Shown: piece by piece, positions 13,799-26,500 of the stretch
Layout of the letters: each line of letters opens with the position of its first letter
Numbering within the stretch: the first letter of the stretch is position 1
Assembly (NCBI RefSeq): GCF_963921235.1
Contig: NC_086097.1
Location: 228,348,001-228,412,000, forward strand
DNA: 64,000 bases
Direction of reading: 5' to 3'
Source: Mobula hypostoma
Taxonomy: Eukaryota
The notes under the pieces: generated by a model
Database searches by the model: none
What the model was told of the DNA's origin: nothing
The model's input: the letters and a program-made list of their open reading frames with translations, nothing else
Made by a program: the position numbers and the translations under genes

Positions 13799-14571
13799 TA
13801 GGAAAACAGATTATTATCTGAATGGTGGCCGATTAGGAAAAGGGGAGGTGCAACGAGACCTGGGTGTCATTATACACCAGTCATTGAAAGTGGGCATGCA
13901 GGTACAGCAGGCGGTGAAAAAGGCGAATGGTATGCTGGCATTTATAGCGAGAGGATTCGAGTACAGGAGCAGGGAGGTACTACTGCAGTTGTACAAGGCC
14001 TTGGTGAGACCACACCTGGAGTATTTTGTGCAGTTTTAGTCCCCTAATCTGAGGAAAGACATCCTTGCCATAGAGGGAGTACAAAGAAGGTTCACCAGAT
14101 TGATTCCTGGGATGGCAGGACTTCCATATGAAGAAAGACTGGATGAACTGGGCTTGTACTCATTGGAATTTAGAAGATTGAGGGGGGATCTGATTGAAAC
14201 GTATAAAATCCTAAAGGGATTGGATAGGCTAGATGCAGGAAGATTGTTCCCGATGTTGGGGAAGTCCAGAACAAGGGGTCACAGCTTGAGGATAAAGGGG
14301 AAGCCTTTTAGGACCGAGATTAGGAAAAACTTCTTCACACAGAGAGTGGTGAATCTGTAGTATTCTCTGCCACAGGAAACAGTTGAGGCCAGTTCATTGG
14401 TTATATTTAAGAGGGAGTTAGATATGGCCCTTGTGGCTACGGGGATCAGGGAGTATGGAGGGAAGGCTGGGGCGGGGTTCTGAGTTGGATGATCAGCCAT
14501 GATCATAATAAATGGCGGTGCAGGCTCGAAGGGCCGAATGGCCTACTCCTGCACCTATTTTCTATGTTTCT
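13799..14571 (+). mobile_element. Young 5'-truncated CR1, near-identical to 3811-4583
   Basis: Direct sequence match to the first copy, with a TTTCTATG tail. Confidence 0.92.
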
Positions 14572-16115
14572 AAAATGCTGGAGGAACTCAGCTGGCCAGG
14601 CAGCACCTATGGAAAGAGTAAATAGTTGACATTCAGGGCCTTGACCGTTCATCAGTCTGGATCAGTCCAGCCCAAAATAAGTCAACTGTTTACTCTTTGT
14701 CATCAAATCACATTTAAACTAGGTGTGGTAACAGAAATATGGAAAGTAATGGAACCTTTCCTCATTGGTAACAATTTGAGACCTGACAACATCTTTGCAT
14801 TCTAAGACTAATACACCAGTTTTTAAAATGTGGTGCCCAGACCATATTGAACACCAGAGCTTTTCAAAACTGTGCAACGCTTTCACTTCTTTATATTTGA
14901 GCCCTTTAAACTCCCTCAGACTTGGCCTCAGCCGCATCAGACTGAATCACCTTCTGAACGTGAACATCTTCCCACCAAGAACATTCTCCTGCTTGCCCTG
15001 ATCTGAAGCTGAATTCAGACTTAATCTTCTTAGCAAAGGTTATTACAGCAAAATCCTTGTTGTGGTTTCCTAAGGCAGTCAGAAATTCCCAGGAATTACA
15101 TAGAATGATAAAGGTTGAAGCTGCACCAGGAAACTGTTCAAATACAAAATTTCCCCTCTGGACAAAGGAAATCAGGGACTGACAGGAAGATGAAGTGGTC
15201 TTTAAGAATGTAGTTTGACCTTGTTTTATTTCTGCATTCTGCAGAGCAGAAATCTCTCCCCAAGATGATCAGCTTTTTTAAAAAACAGACCTCTTCTTCA
15301 GTGCTAGTTTCAAAGATATAACTGGTTTGAAGTACTTGAGAATTGTCAAATGGACCCAATGTAATCTACCTGCACTGTGCAAAAATAAAAGGGGTTATAA
15401 GTGCAGTTCTTTTGTAACACAAAACAATCACAGTGAGAAATAGCCTAGAAAATTTTAACAAGTTGCTTCCCCCTTAAAATGTAAAAAAAAATGCACATTA
15501 TGCATCATCATCCACTTCTATTGTTAAAGAATCTCACATTAATTCAGGTCAAAGGTGCAAGTTTTAAGATTCATTTTAAAAGAAAACAGAGGTTGTGAAA
15601 GTGTACTTTCAATAAGTAAATAAAAAAATATATTCTTTCTCCTCATAACACATACCTTATGCAAACTACCAAAATTAGCATTGCAAGGTAGGGAAGAACA
15701 CATTCATATGGAATCTTTAATAACACAAAGATGTCCTAATGTGCTTCATCAATGAGTTAAATCATTGTCGGAATTTAGAGTAAATTGGCAGCCAATTTGT
15801 GACTGCTAATCTCCCCAAAGCTGCAACAAGGCAATAAAAGAACTTCCCCAATTGTCTTTGGATAAGAACCAGGAGATTTACACGCCCAGCTTTAAGAACA
15901 GATGAGGCCTTGATTTAATTCTTCCTCAGAAAGTCTGATGTGGTTGCAATTACCACAATGAATGACACAACATAGATTACACAAATGCATTCAATTCAAA
16001 CCTGCAATGCTATCGTGCATCATGAACCCAAATTCAACAAAGCCATCAGAACAGATGCTTTAGTTGCAAAGGTATTTCCTCAATTAATACAAATATTAAA
16101 ATTATAATGGATTAA

Positions 16116-16268
16116 TCATCTTGTGAATTTATACATTTTCTTCCAGCATAAATATAAATCTGAAATTTTATTTTTAATTCTTAGGAACTTCTTTTGTGCT
16201 GATTTTGTCTTTCTCCGAGGGATGACGTTGGTTGGAGTCTTTGATTTTCTGATATTAGTTTTCTGATG
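16116..16268 (-). CDS. IL7: IL7-like terminal coding exon: CD loop, helix D and stop
   Basis: Pyrimidine-rich acceptor ...cttacactttggcag|CAT; encodes ...FLRIKNKISDLYLCWKKMYKFTR then TGA at 16118-16116. Confidence 0.85.
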   Translation of the reverse strand, partial: HQKTNIRKSKTPTNVIPRRKTKSAQKKFLRIKNKISDLYLCWKKMYKFTR

Positions 16269-19200
16269 CTGCCAAAGTGTAAGCAGAGAGATGAAACAGA
16301 GATAATCAAAATAACATTTTGTTTAAGACTAAACAAAACATACAAATGTAACCATATACGAGGAAATCTGCAGATGCTGGAATATCAAGCAACACACATA
16401 AAAGTTGCTGGTGAACGCAGCAGGTCAGGCAGCATCTCCAGAAAGAGGTACAGTCGACATTTCGGGCCGAGACCCTTCATCAGGATTAACTAAAAGAAGA
16501 GCTAGTAAGAAATTTGATAGTGGGAGGGGGAGGGGGAGATCCAAAATGGTAGGAGAAGACAGGAGGGAGAGGGATGGAGCCAAGAGCTGGACAGTTGATT
16601 GGCAAAAGGAATATGAGAGGATCATGGAACAGGAGACCCTATCTGTTATTTATTTATTTATATACACACATTCTTTTTCTCTCTCTCTCCTATTTCTCCC
16701 TCTGTCCCTCTCACTATACCCCTTGCCCATCCTCTGGGCTTCCCCCTTTCCCCTTTCTTTCTCCCTAGGCCTCCTGTCCCATGATCCTCTCATATCCCTT
16801 TTGCCAATCACCTGTCCAGCTCTTGGCTCCATCCCTCCCCCTCCTGTCTTCTCCTGTCATTTTGGATCTCCCCCTCCCCCTCCCACTTTCAAATCTCTTA
16901 CTAGCCTTTCTTTCAGTTAGTCCTGACAAAGGGTCTCGGCCCAAAACGTTGACTGTACCTCTTCCTAGAGATGCTGCCTGACCCGCTGCGTTCACTAGCA
17001 ACTTTTATGTGCATTAAGTGTAACCATATCCTCTGTTAATACTTAAATATGCTTATCTTCAAAATAAATTATAAAGAGCGAGTGGCATGATGTACAGTAC
17101 CGAAAAGGAACATAGAATATTCCAGCACAGTAATAATGTGCTACGCACCTTTGGCCCACAATTTTGTGCCGACCTTTTAACCTACACTAAGATCAATCTA
17201 GCCTTTCCTTCCTACATCGCCCTCCATTTTCCTATCATTCATGTGCCTATGAGTTTCTTAATCGCCCCTAATCCATTTGGCTCTACCACCAATAAATCAA
17301 ATCAAATCAAATCATTACTATCAATAAAATTAGATGCAATACAAGTATGTACCATGGGTTTAAGGACAGCTTCTATCCCATCATTTTGAGACTATTGAAC
17401 AGTTCCCTTATACGATAAGATGGGTTCTTGGCCCTTGCAATCTTCCTTGTTGTGTCTTCGTCTTCGTCTTCTTGCCCTGTACTTTCTTTGTGATTGTAAC
17501 ATTTATTAAGCACTCAATTATGATTTTACCTTGTACTCCCCTCAATGTTGTATTGTAATGAATTGACCTGTATAAACATAGAACAGTGACACAGTACCCA
17601 CGATGCTGCCGATCTATACAAACTTACTTCACAATCAACCTAACCCTTCCCTCCTACACAGCCGATAACCCTCCATATCTCTTATATCCATGTGCCTATC
17701 TAAGAGTCTTTCAAACGTCCATATCATATCAGCCTCTACAATAGCTCAAGCAGTACATTCCAGGCACTCATACTGAAGAATGACAATAAACAATCTTGAA
17801 TCTTGGAACAGTAGCTGAGAGCTCTTGAAGTCAAAGCCACGGGGGGACTTCCAGTAGAGCTCATGGAGTGAAGTCGTGTTCTTGACTCGCTCCATTACCT
17901 CTGAGTTTTTCTTCTTATGATCAGCTATATTTTAATTAACCATTAAGGCATCGACTTTTACAATATTTTGAAATAAATTGGGCTCTTTGATAATCGGATG
18001 CTTTTAATGTCTGCTATGTCTAAGAATGGAAAAAACGGGAAGGACAGCAAACCTCCGGTTAGACCAAAAGGTATCGATTTTCCTCCGACTGACCCACTGG
18101 TGACTTTGAAAGCTATATCAGATCTAATTCAAAGGGAAATTTCAACCTCTATTACGGAGCTGATTCGTGCGGAAATTTCAATTATTTTCCAGAAAATTGC
18201 CGATTCAATCGATAAGATACAAACATCTATTACGGAACATCAGTCGGCTATATCTGATCTTCAAAAATCCACGCAACAAAATGAACTCAAGATGGAGAAA
18301 ATCGAAGAAACAATTAATGTAATGAAGAAGAAACTTGACTTTCTGACCTTTAAAAACTCTGACTTAGAATCCAGAATGCGACGGCAGAATCTTCGAATGA
18401 TCGGGGTGCGTGAAGCTGTTGAATCTGATAACCCTATGAAGTATTTTTCTCAACTTTTAAAAGATGCATTTCCTACTGTATTTCCTGACCAACCACCGTT
18501 ACTGGATCGTGTTCACAGAGTTCCATCATACTCGTCTAAGTCAGATAAACCTCGACATGTCATCTTACGTTTTCATTACTTTCAAGACAAGGAGAAACTG
18601 TTTCGTTTCGTTCGATCTAAAGGTTACATTGATTTTTTGGATCTTAAGTTCCGATTCGTGGAGGATTTCAGCAAACCAATTCGGGATCAGCGGGTTCGTT
18701 ACAGATCTGTGATGTCGGAACTCTACAAGATGGATTTAAAACCAGCGCTGCTTTACCCAGCACATCTAAGGATCCTTACGTTGGATGGAGCCCTCCGTTT
18801 TTTTGAATCTCCATCGGATGCCCAGAGTTATCTGGATCAATTTTCACCTTCAACATCTTAATCGTAATTTTTAACTATCTCCGTTTGATCAGAGGTTGTG
18901 AATTTGTCGGCCTTAATTTTTTTTTGCCTTATATGGGCAGAGAAGTTTATTCTTGATTAATTAATATGGTTGCTAAACTTTCTTTCTATCTGCCTCATTC
19001 CTTTCTGTTTCCCAGGGGATTCTGGGTGGTTATTCCCTCAGCGTCATTCTACGTATTTCCTTTGAGGCCTTAAATTTTGTAGTTTTTAAATCTACTTTTT
19101 TTTGTAGGTTTTCATAACTAGTTTATGTTAATAATTTCATTTCTTTTTTTGTTTATTCATAGGGTCTGGGGTTTGTTGCGTTTTTTTAAATATTTTCTGG

Positions 19201-22200
19201 CTTTTTCTCTGTTATATTAAGTGTTTGTTTTAATTGATTTACTTTTTTTATTCTTTTACTGTTTTATAACTAGCTGATCTTTTTTATATTTACACTTTTT
19301 TTTAGGGAGCGGCTATCGGAAGTCATGGGGGTAGTTTTAGTGCTTGCTTCTTTCTGGCTGGTCTGTGTTAGCTTTAGCCTTGGGGTCATGGGGTGGGGGG
19401 GTGGTGGGAGGGGCTTCACGTTTTAGTTTTTTTCTTCTTGGGCTATGTACACTATTGAAGTATTGGTTGCGTTCTCCTTCCCAGTATCTCTTATTTGTTC
19501 TGTTCCCTTTCCGGGTTCGTGGGTCAAGCCTATCGTCAATCCTCCTTGTTGCGGGTTGCCTTTAGGGTTTATGGAGTCTATTATTAATTTTGTCTCCTGG
19601 AATACTAATGGTCTTAACCATCCTATTAAAAGGAAAAAAGTTTTTAAAGTGTTCCGGAGACTTAAAGCACAAATTTTATTTTTACAAGAGACCCATGTGC
19701 GGAGGGGGGACAGACTACGCTTTTTTTAAATTCTGGAAGGAACAACAGTTTCATTCGAACTCCAACGCTAAGATTCAAGGCGTCTCTATTTTTATAGATT
19801 CCTCAGTTACTTTTATACAACATGATATTATCTCTGATCCGAATGGTAGATTTCTACTGGTTAGTGGTCTACTATTTAATAAAAAGGTAGTTTTGGTTAA
19901 TGTTTATGCTCCCAATATGGACTGTCCGGAATTTTATAAATCATTATTCAATCAGTTCCCGAATTTGAATGAGTTTTCATTGATCTGGGGCGGAGATCTT
20001 AATACCTGTTTATCTCCAGCTTTGGACCGTTCGGCTCCTCTACAGACCTTACCTAATAAATCTGCAACTTTGATTAATTCGTTCCTCTCTGATTCTGGGT
20101 CGACGGACATTTGGCGTTTTTTGCATCCTCAGGAAAAAGATTTTTCTTCTTTTTCACATGTTCACCATTCCTATTCAAGAATTGATTATTTTTTTTATTG
20201 ACTCTCGTCTTATTTCTTCAGTGATTAAATGTGATTATGACTCTATAACCATTTCGGATTATGCTCCACTTATGCTTTCTATTAAAATTCAGGCCAATAC
20301 ACAAAATAATAGACAAAGGCGTTTTAATTCGCTGTTGCTTCAGGATTCGGACTTTGTTAAATTTATGAATGAACAGATTGATCTTTTTTTTACAATCAAC
20401 TATACAGAGGATATTTCTGTGAACATTCTTTGGGATACTTTTAAAGCTTATATTCGTGGTCAGATTATTTCGTATTCTGCTGCTTTGAGGAAGAAGCTGA
20501 AGCAGGAGGAGTTGGTAATTGTGGACAAGATTAAGGAAATTGATAAGAAATATGTTACAGCTCCCTCTGAGGAATTATATAAACAAAGAACTGAACTTCA
20601 AATGGAACACAGTTTATTACTTTCGTCCTCGATTGTAAATCGATTAAAGAAAACAAGAAGTGAATTTTATGTACACAGTGACAAAATTGGCAAACTGTTG
20701 GCTAACTAATTGAAGTCTAATTATGCTAAATCTCAAATTAATCAGATTTATAATCAAAATGACCAACTGATACTTGATCATGCGGGGATTAATCAAACCT
20801 CCTTTGATTTTTATTCTTCCTTATATCAATCAGAGTCTCCTTGAGACTCTAAATATATGAATGATTTTTTAGATAACCTAGACTTCCCTGAGATTTCACA
20901 GGATATGTCTTCTATGCTAGATACTCCCATTACCACTGATGAGATTAAGAATGTTATTTCCTCTATGAACTTGGGGAAAGCTCCTGGCCCTGATGGGTTT
21001 ACCGTAGAATTTTATAAATGTTTTGCACCTTCATTAATTCCTTGGTTCTGTAGGATTTTCGAGGCTTCATTAAAACTTGGTAAACTTCCCGAATCTTTCA
21101 ATGGAGCGTCAATCTCTCTAATATTAAGGAAGGATAAAGATCCTGCTCAATGTGTATCTTAGAGACCAATATCTTTATTAAATGTTGATTCTAAAATTTT
21201 TTCTAAGTTATTAGCAAACAGATTAGAAAAAGTACTTCCTTTTATTATTTTGGAAGACCAAACGGGTTTTATTAAAGGTCGTTACTCTTTTTATAACTTT
21301 CGCACACTGTTAAATATTGTTTATGCCCCCTCACAAAATGTTCCTGAGTGTGTTATCTCTTTAGATGCTGAGAAAGCTTTTGATAGAGTAGAATGGCCTT
21401 ACTTCTTCAAGGTGCTTGAAATGTTTAATTTCAGCTCGAAATTTATATCTTGGATCAAACTGTTATATCATTCTCCTGTGGCCTCAGTCCGTACTAACTC
21501 TCTAAGCTCACCTTTTTCCCCTCTTTTTCGAGGTACTCGACAAGGTTGTCCTCTTAGTCCTTTATTATTTGATATTGCATTAGAACCTCTTGCAATTGCC
21601 ATTCGAGAATCTCCAAATATTACTGGGATAACTCGGGGCTTAAAGTCCCATAAAATATCACTCTATGCTGATGACTTACTTTTATATATTTCTAATCCTC
21701 AAAAATCCATCCCTGCTGTTTTAGAGTTATTAGCACAATTTAGTCTCTTTTCAGGTTATAAATTAAATCTTAGTAAGAGTGAACTTTTCCCGATTAATAA
21801 ACAACTTCCCTTATATCATATCTTTCCGTTTAAATTGATTAATAATTATTTTTTATATCTTGGGATTAAAATTACTTGTAAATACAAAGATTTATTTAAG
21901 ATTAACTTTTTACCATATTATTCAACTTTCATCTAAATGGTTTCCTTTATATTTAACTTTGATTGGTCGTATTAATGCAGTTAAGATGTTTTTCTGCCAA
22001 AATTTCTATATATATTTCGAGCATTACCGATTTTTGTTCCAAAATCTTTTTTTGATAAAGTTGACTCAAAAATTTCTTCATTTATTTGGCAAAATAAAAA
22101 CCCGAGACTGGGTAAAATACATTTACAGAAAGCTAAGAGAGATGGAGGTTTAGCATTACCTAACTTTAGATTCTATTATTGGGCAATTAATATTTGACAT

Positions 22201-23536
22201 ATGAAATTTTGGTTACTTGACCAGGATATACTATCCATTCCTAAATGTGTAGCATTGAAATTACAATCTGTTCAGGGCTATACACTTGGTTCTATTTTAG
22301 GTTCCTCTCTTCCTTTTGATTTGAAATGCCTCAAACAGGTATCTAACCCGATAGTTGAATATACCTTACGTATTTGGTTTCAATTCAGAAAATTTTTTTG
22401 ATCTTAACCAATTTGGGCTAGCGATTCCTATTTTAGGTAACATATTTTTTCCTCCCTCTTTTACGGATCGTGCTTTTCAAATTTGGAAGACTAAGGGTAT
22501 TTCATGGTTTTTGGATTTATTTTTAGATGGTTCCCTTATGTCTTTTGAACAATTATCTAATAAATATAATTTATCAAGAATACATTTTTTTAGATATCTA
22601 CAAGTTAGAAATTTCCTAAGTACTATACTTTCTTCTTTTCCAATGCTTCCTCCTACATACATTTTAGATACTATAATCAACCTTAATCCATGTCAGAAAG
22701 GTGCAACGGCTATGATTTATAATATTATTATGAAACTTAGGAAAGCTCCATTTGATAAGATTGGGGTAGATTGGGAACAGGAATTGGGGTCTATCATTTC
22801 TGTGGATGATTGGGGGCGGATTTTACAATTAGTCAATACTTCCTCTATCTGTGCTAAACATTCCCTAATTCAATTTAAAGTTGTTCATAGAGCACATATG
22901 TCCAAAGATAAATTAGCTCGCTTTTATTCTCATATTAATCCTTTTTGTGATAGATGTCCGGGGCAGATAGCCTCTTTAACTCATATGTTTTGGTCTTGTC
23001 CTACTCTGGAAACTTCTTGGAGAGACATTTTTAATATTATCTCAAAGGTATTGAATATAGATATCTCTCCTCATCCTATTACTGCTATCTTTGGACTACC
23101 TAAAATTTCCAGTAATCTTTCTCCTTCAGCCCGTAGAATGATTGCATTTCTTACTTTAATGGTGAAAAGATGCATCTTACAACATTGGAAAGAGCTCAAT
23201 GCTCCAACCACCTTTTTTTGGTTTTCTCAGACGATATTATGCTTGAATTTGGAGAAAATTAGAAGCAATCTTTATGATTCCTCACTTAAATTTGAACAGA
23301 CCTGGAGATCTTTTATTCAATATTTTCATTTAATGTATTTTTTTTTCTTCTCTTTTTTGCTCCACATTTATATACCCTTCTTGTTTTCTTTTTACTGTTT
23401 TTAATGGAGGTCGGGTTTGAGGATGTGATTTTAAGTTCTTTAACTCTATTTGGTTCCAAGTTAGCCCATTGCTTTGCTTTGCTTTTAGTTAGTTGCACGG
23501 TGGGTTTTTTTGGGGTTTTTTTTTCCTTTTCTCTAT

Positions 23537-23573
<37 letters not shown>

Positions 23574-26500
23574 TATATAAAAATTAGTATACTATTATGT
23601 TACCTTAGTATGTTATGTTTAAATTACATTGTATCACTTTTTTTTTCTGTATTAATATCTCCTGTAATTATTATATTCTAACAGTGTATTAGTGCCTATA
23701 TGGCTTACCTTTTTGTATACTTATTCAATAAAAAGATTTAAAAAGAAAAGAAGTCAAAGCCGCAACTAATGAAAGCCAACATACTATATGCCTACTACTT
23801 AACCACCCTAATAACTTGTGTGGCAATCTTGCAACATCAGTGGAGTTGTATCACAACATTCCTCTAAGATTCCTGCCTTTAATTCTGCATCTGTAATGAC
23901 CACAACATCGTAATTCCATGTACTAATCCATGTTTAAGTTCACCAACCTTATTCTTAATACTTGTAACCCATACAGCTGATTGCATTTATGCCCTACCCT
24001 TCATCAGTCTCTGCAGATTATACCAACATACGACCTAACATTCTGATTCCCATCCCCGTCCCCAGCAGCTCTAGCAAACCTGCCCATATGGACACTGGAC
24101 CCTCTCAAGTTCAGATATAATCCATCCTTTTTGTACAGGTCATACCTTCTCCAGAAGAGATCCCAAAAATCCACAAAATTAAAACACTGCCCCACCAACC
24201 CGACCCCTCCCACCCTGCACGAACTCTTCAGTCTCACCTTCATCTGCAAGACAAGCTTTGCACTGCACCTTACAAGAATAAACCAATTTACCTTTTTATC
24301 TTCAGTAACAAGTAGAAATAAAGAGTTCCATTAATGAAGTCCACTATATAAAGTTTGTATGATAATAGTGAAGTGAGCAGAGTGCATTTGTTGTCATGTA
24401 ATGAAAGGAAGGATTTAACTTGTCAACAGAATACAGAAGTGAGAAACAGGTTGTGACTACTTGGAATTAGAAATTATAGAAAAAAATTTAAAGGGTAATG
24501 TGCTGATCTCCTCTCTTTTTTCCAAAGAAAACAAAGGCAATCTAGTTCATGGCTTCAAATTATGAAGCGAATCCACCAAACCAATGGGAAGGGAATTACT
24601 GTGAAAGATTTGCAAACTGAATGGGAAGAAACCAAAATTAAAGAAAACCTTCTTCATCATTAAAGGCTAAGATTAAAGGGAAGCTATAAAATAAAGAGAA
24701 ATAAACTTTTACATTTTTCCTGAAATGTTTAACACTTCATGTATCAAAATTTTGAAGTAAGCACGATATTACACATAGGAGCCTTGGGATAAATCAAATC
24801 CATGTTCAATATACTTTCTCATTCAAAAATCAACCCTATGAACAGGAAAACTTTTTACTTTTCTCCAACTAATGTAAAAGAATTTGATTTATCATCATTT
24901 GCAATAATTGTATTACTTCAGTTTTGCATTAGACTGCCAACAAAGAGTACCCAGTTGCTCACTGTCAGACTCGGTCATCCCAAGGAATGATGATGAATGA
25001 TCACAAGCGATTTTCAGAAATCTGGGCAGGTGGGACATAATGTTTTCCAGCGGCCAATTGTAAGGTCATGAAATTAACCTTTAATATCATTCAGTTCTTC
25101 ATTGGCATTCGACCTCACAGCTTTCCAGTTCAGATATTATCACAACAGTGACTGAATTAAGCTGCCACTCTGAAAGGCTTGGTTCATGAGACAACTGGAC
25201 GTATTTTGGTAGAGAGTTGGCTGGTACATTTTATACAAGGAGGATGGACTACTACCATCAAATATTGAATCACAGGAAATGTGGACCAAAGAACCCAGAC
25301 GATAAAGTATTTAACTACGTTCTGTGAAATCTCTAGAGTAAACAAAATAAAACATTTACATATAAAAAATTTTGCAAACATACCTTTTGTCTTTTGCAAT
25401 GGCATTTTAGCACTCCTTCAGTTTTCCTGGATAAGGCCATTATTTCCGGAGTAAAATCAAAATTAAATTTGTTGGTAATAGAAACAGTAGAGCATGTCAT
25501 GTGATGGATTGAGTCAATTTCCTAGAATTTAAAAAAAACAATCTTAGAATAGTGTTTGCTGCATATTAACACTGTTTGCACAGTTTAAAATCAGTGGCTA
25601 ATATTGAGTGTTGTAAACTTAGTGCTTGTTGGAAAGTATTATGCAGCAGAGAGTTATACGAAGACGGTCCCTTGGTCCATTCAAATCGCATTCTCCCAGA
25701 AATTAATTTAATGCATCTCCATGAAAGCATCTAACCATTTCTTAAATGAACTCAAATGGCTTTCTCATTTTCTATAAACTGTAATAATGATTTGCAGAAA
25801 TTGCATCCTGGCATCTACTTTAAACTTGGCTTCAAACATATTACCATGTTAGTGTGTTTTACTCTATAATATTTCTGGTACAATATCTACCCTAGCCAAA
25901 GCCCAGTGCCAATCAAAACTACATCATTTCTCAGAGCACTATACAATTTCTGCTTCACTTATGGATGGGATGCAAAATGTTTAGACCAACCAACCATCCA
26001 AATCATTTAATTCATTATCAGCTTCCATTGTTTGAAAATATTAATATCAAACTTGGGTCTTTACATTCTCCCATATATGGAGTACCACAATTTAGAGTAG
26101 GAGAGAGTTGTTCTTTCAGCCTCCTTCATCGTTCATCAAAATCAGTGCATCATTTGCATTTTTTTGAAATCCCACAATTCACCTTTTAGAAATCTATCAA
26201 ATCTGTTTCAAATTAACTCAATGGCTGAGTCTCTGCAGCCTACCGGCAGGGAAAATTCCCAAGATTAATTACCATCTGAATGAATGAATTTCAGCTCATC
26301 TCAATTCTAAATAATCTAATCTCTGGTTCTAGCCTCCTCAGGCAGGGAACCACTTTCCCTGCATTTGTGATTAGTACAAGCAAAACACTAACAATCCCTG
26401 AAAAAAAAACGTATGCCACTTATTTTAAATTCAGATATGCAATACTATACGTGTATCATCGGTTTTAAATGTAATCATGATCTGCCAGTCCTGTAAACAA

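Larger units (their letters stand above)
17841..23749 (+). mobile_element. Full-length L1-clade LINE (~5.9 kb) in the last IL7-like intron, antisense
   Basis: TSD gaagtcaaagccac (17827-17840) / gaagtcaaagccgc (23750-23763), G-run 5' end, ORF1, broken ORF2, AATAAA at 23727 and an A-rich tail. Confidence 0.93.

Noticed and set aside
15138..15372. Minus-strand ORF containing VCFLKKL, resembling IL-7 LCFLKRL, as an alternative last exon
   Set aside because: The first AG after the pyrimidine tract gives an immediate stop, there is no helix-D Trp, and the 16268 exon fits better. Probably coincidence in or near the 3' UTR.
16405..16920. Repeated ORFs such as MLVNAAGQAAS...GRDPSSGLT as a protein family
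   Set aside because: These are translations of the non-coding Penelope terminal repeat.
25070..25335. Possible extra exon just downstream of the 25384 donor
   Set aside because: The intron would be only ~50-60 nt and all frames stop without a cytokine-like sequence.
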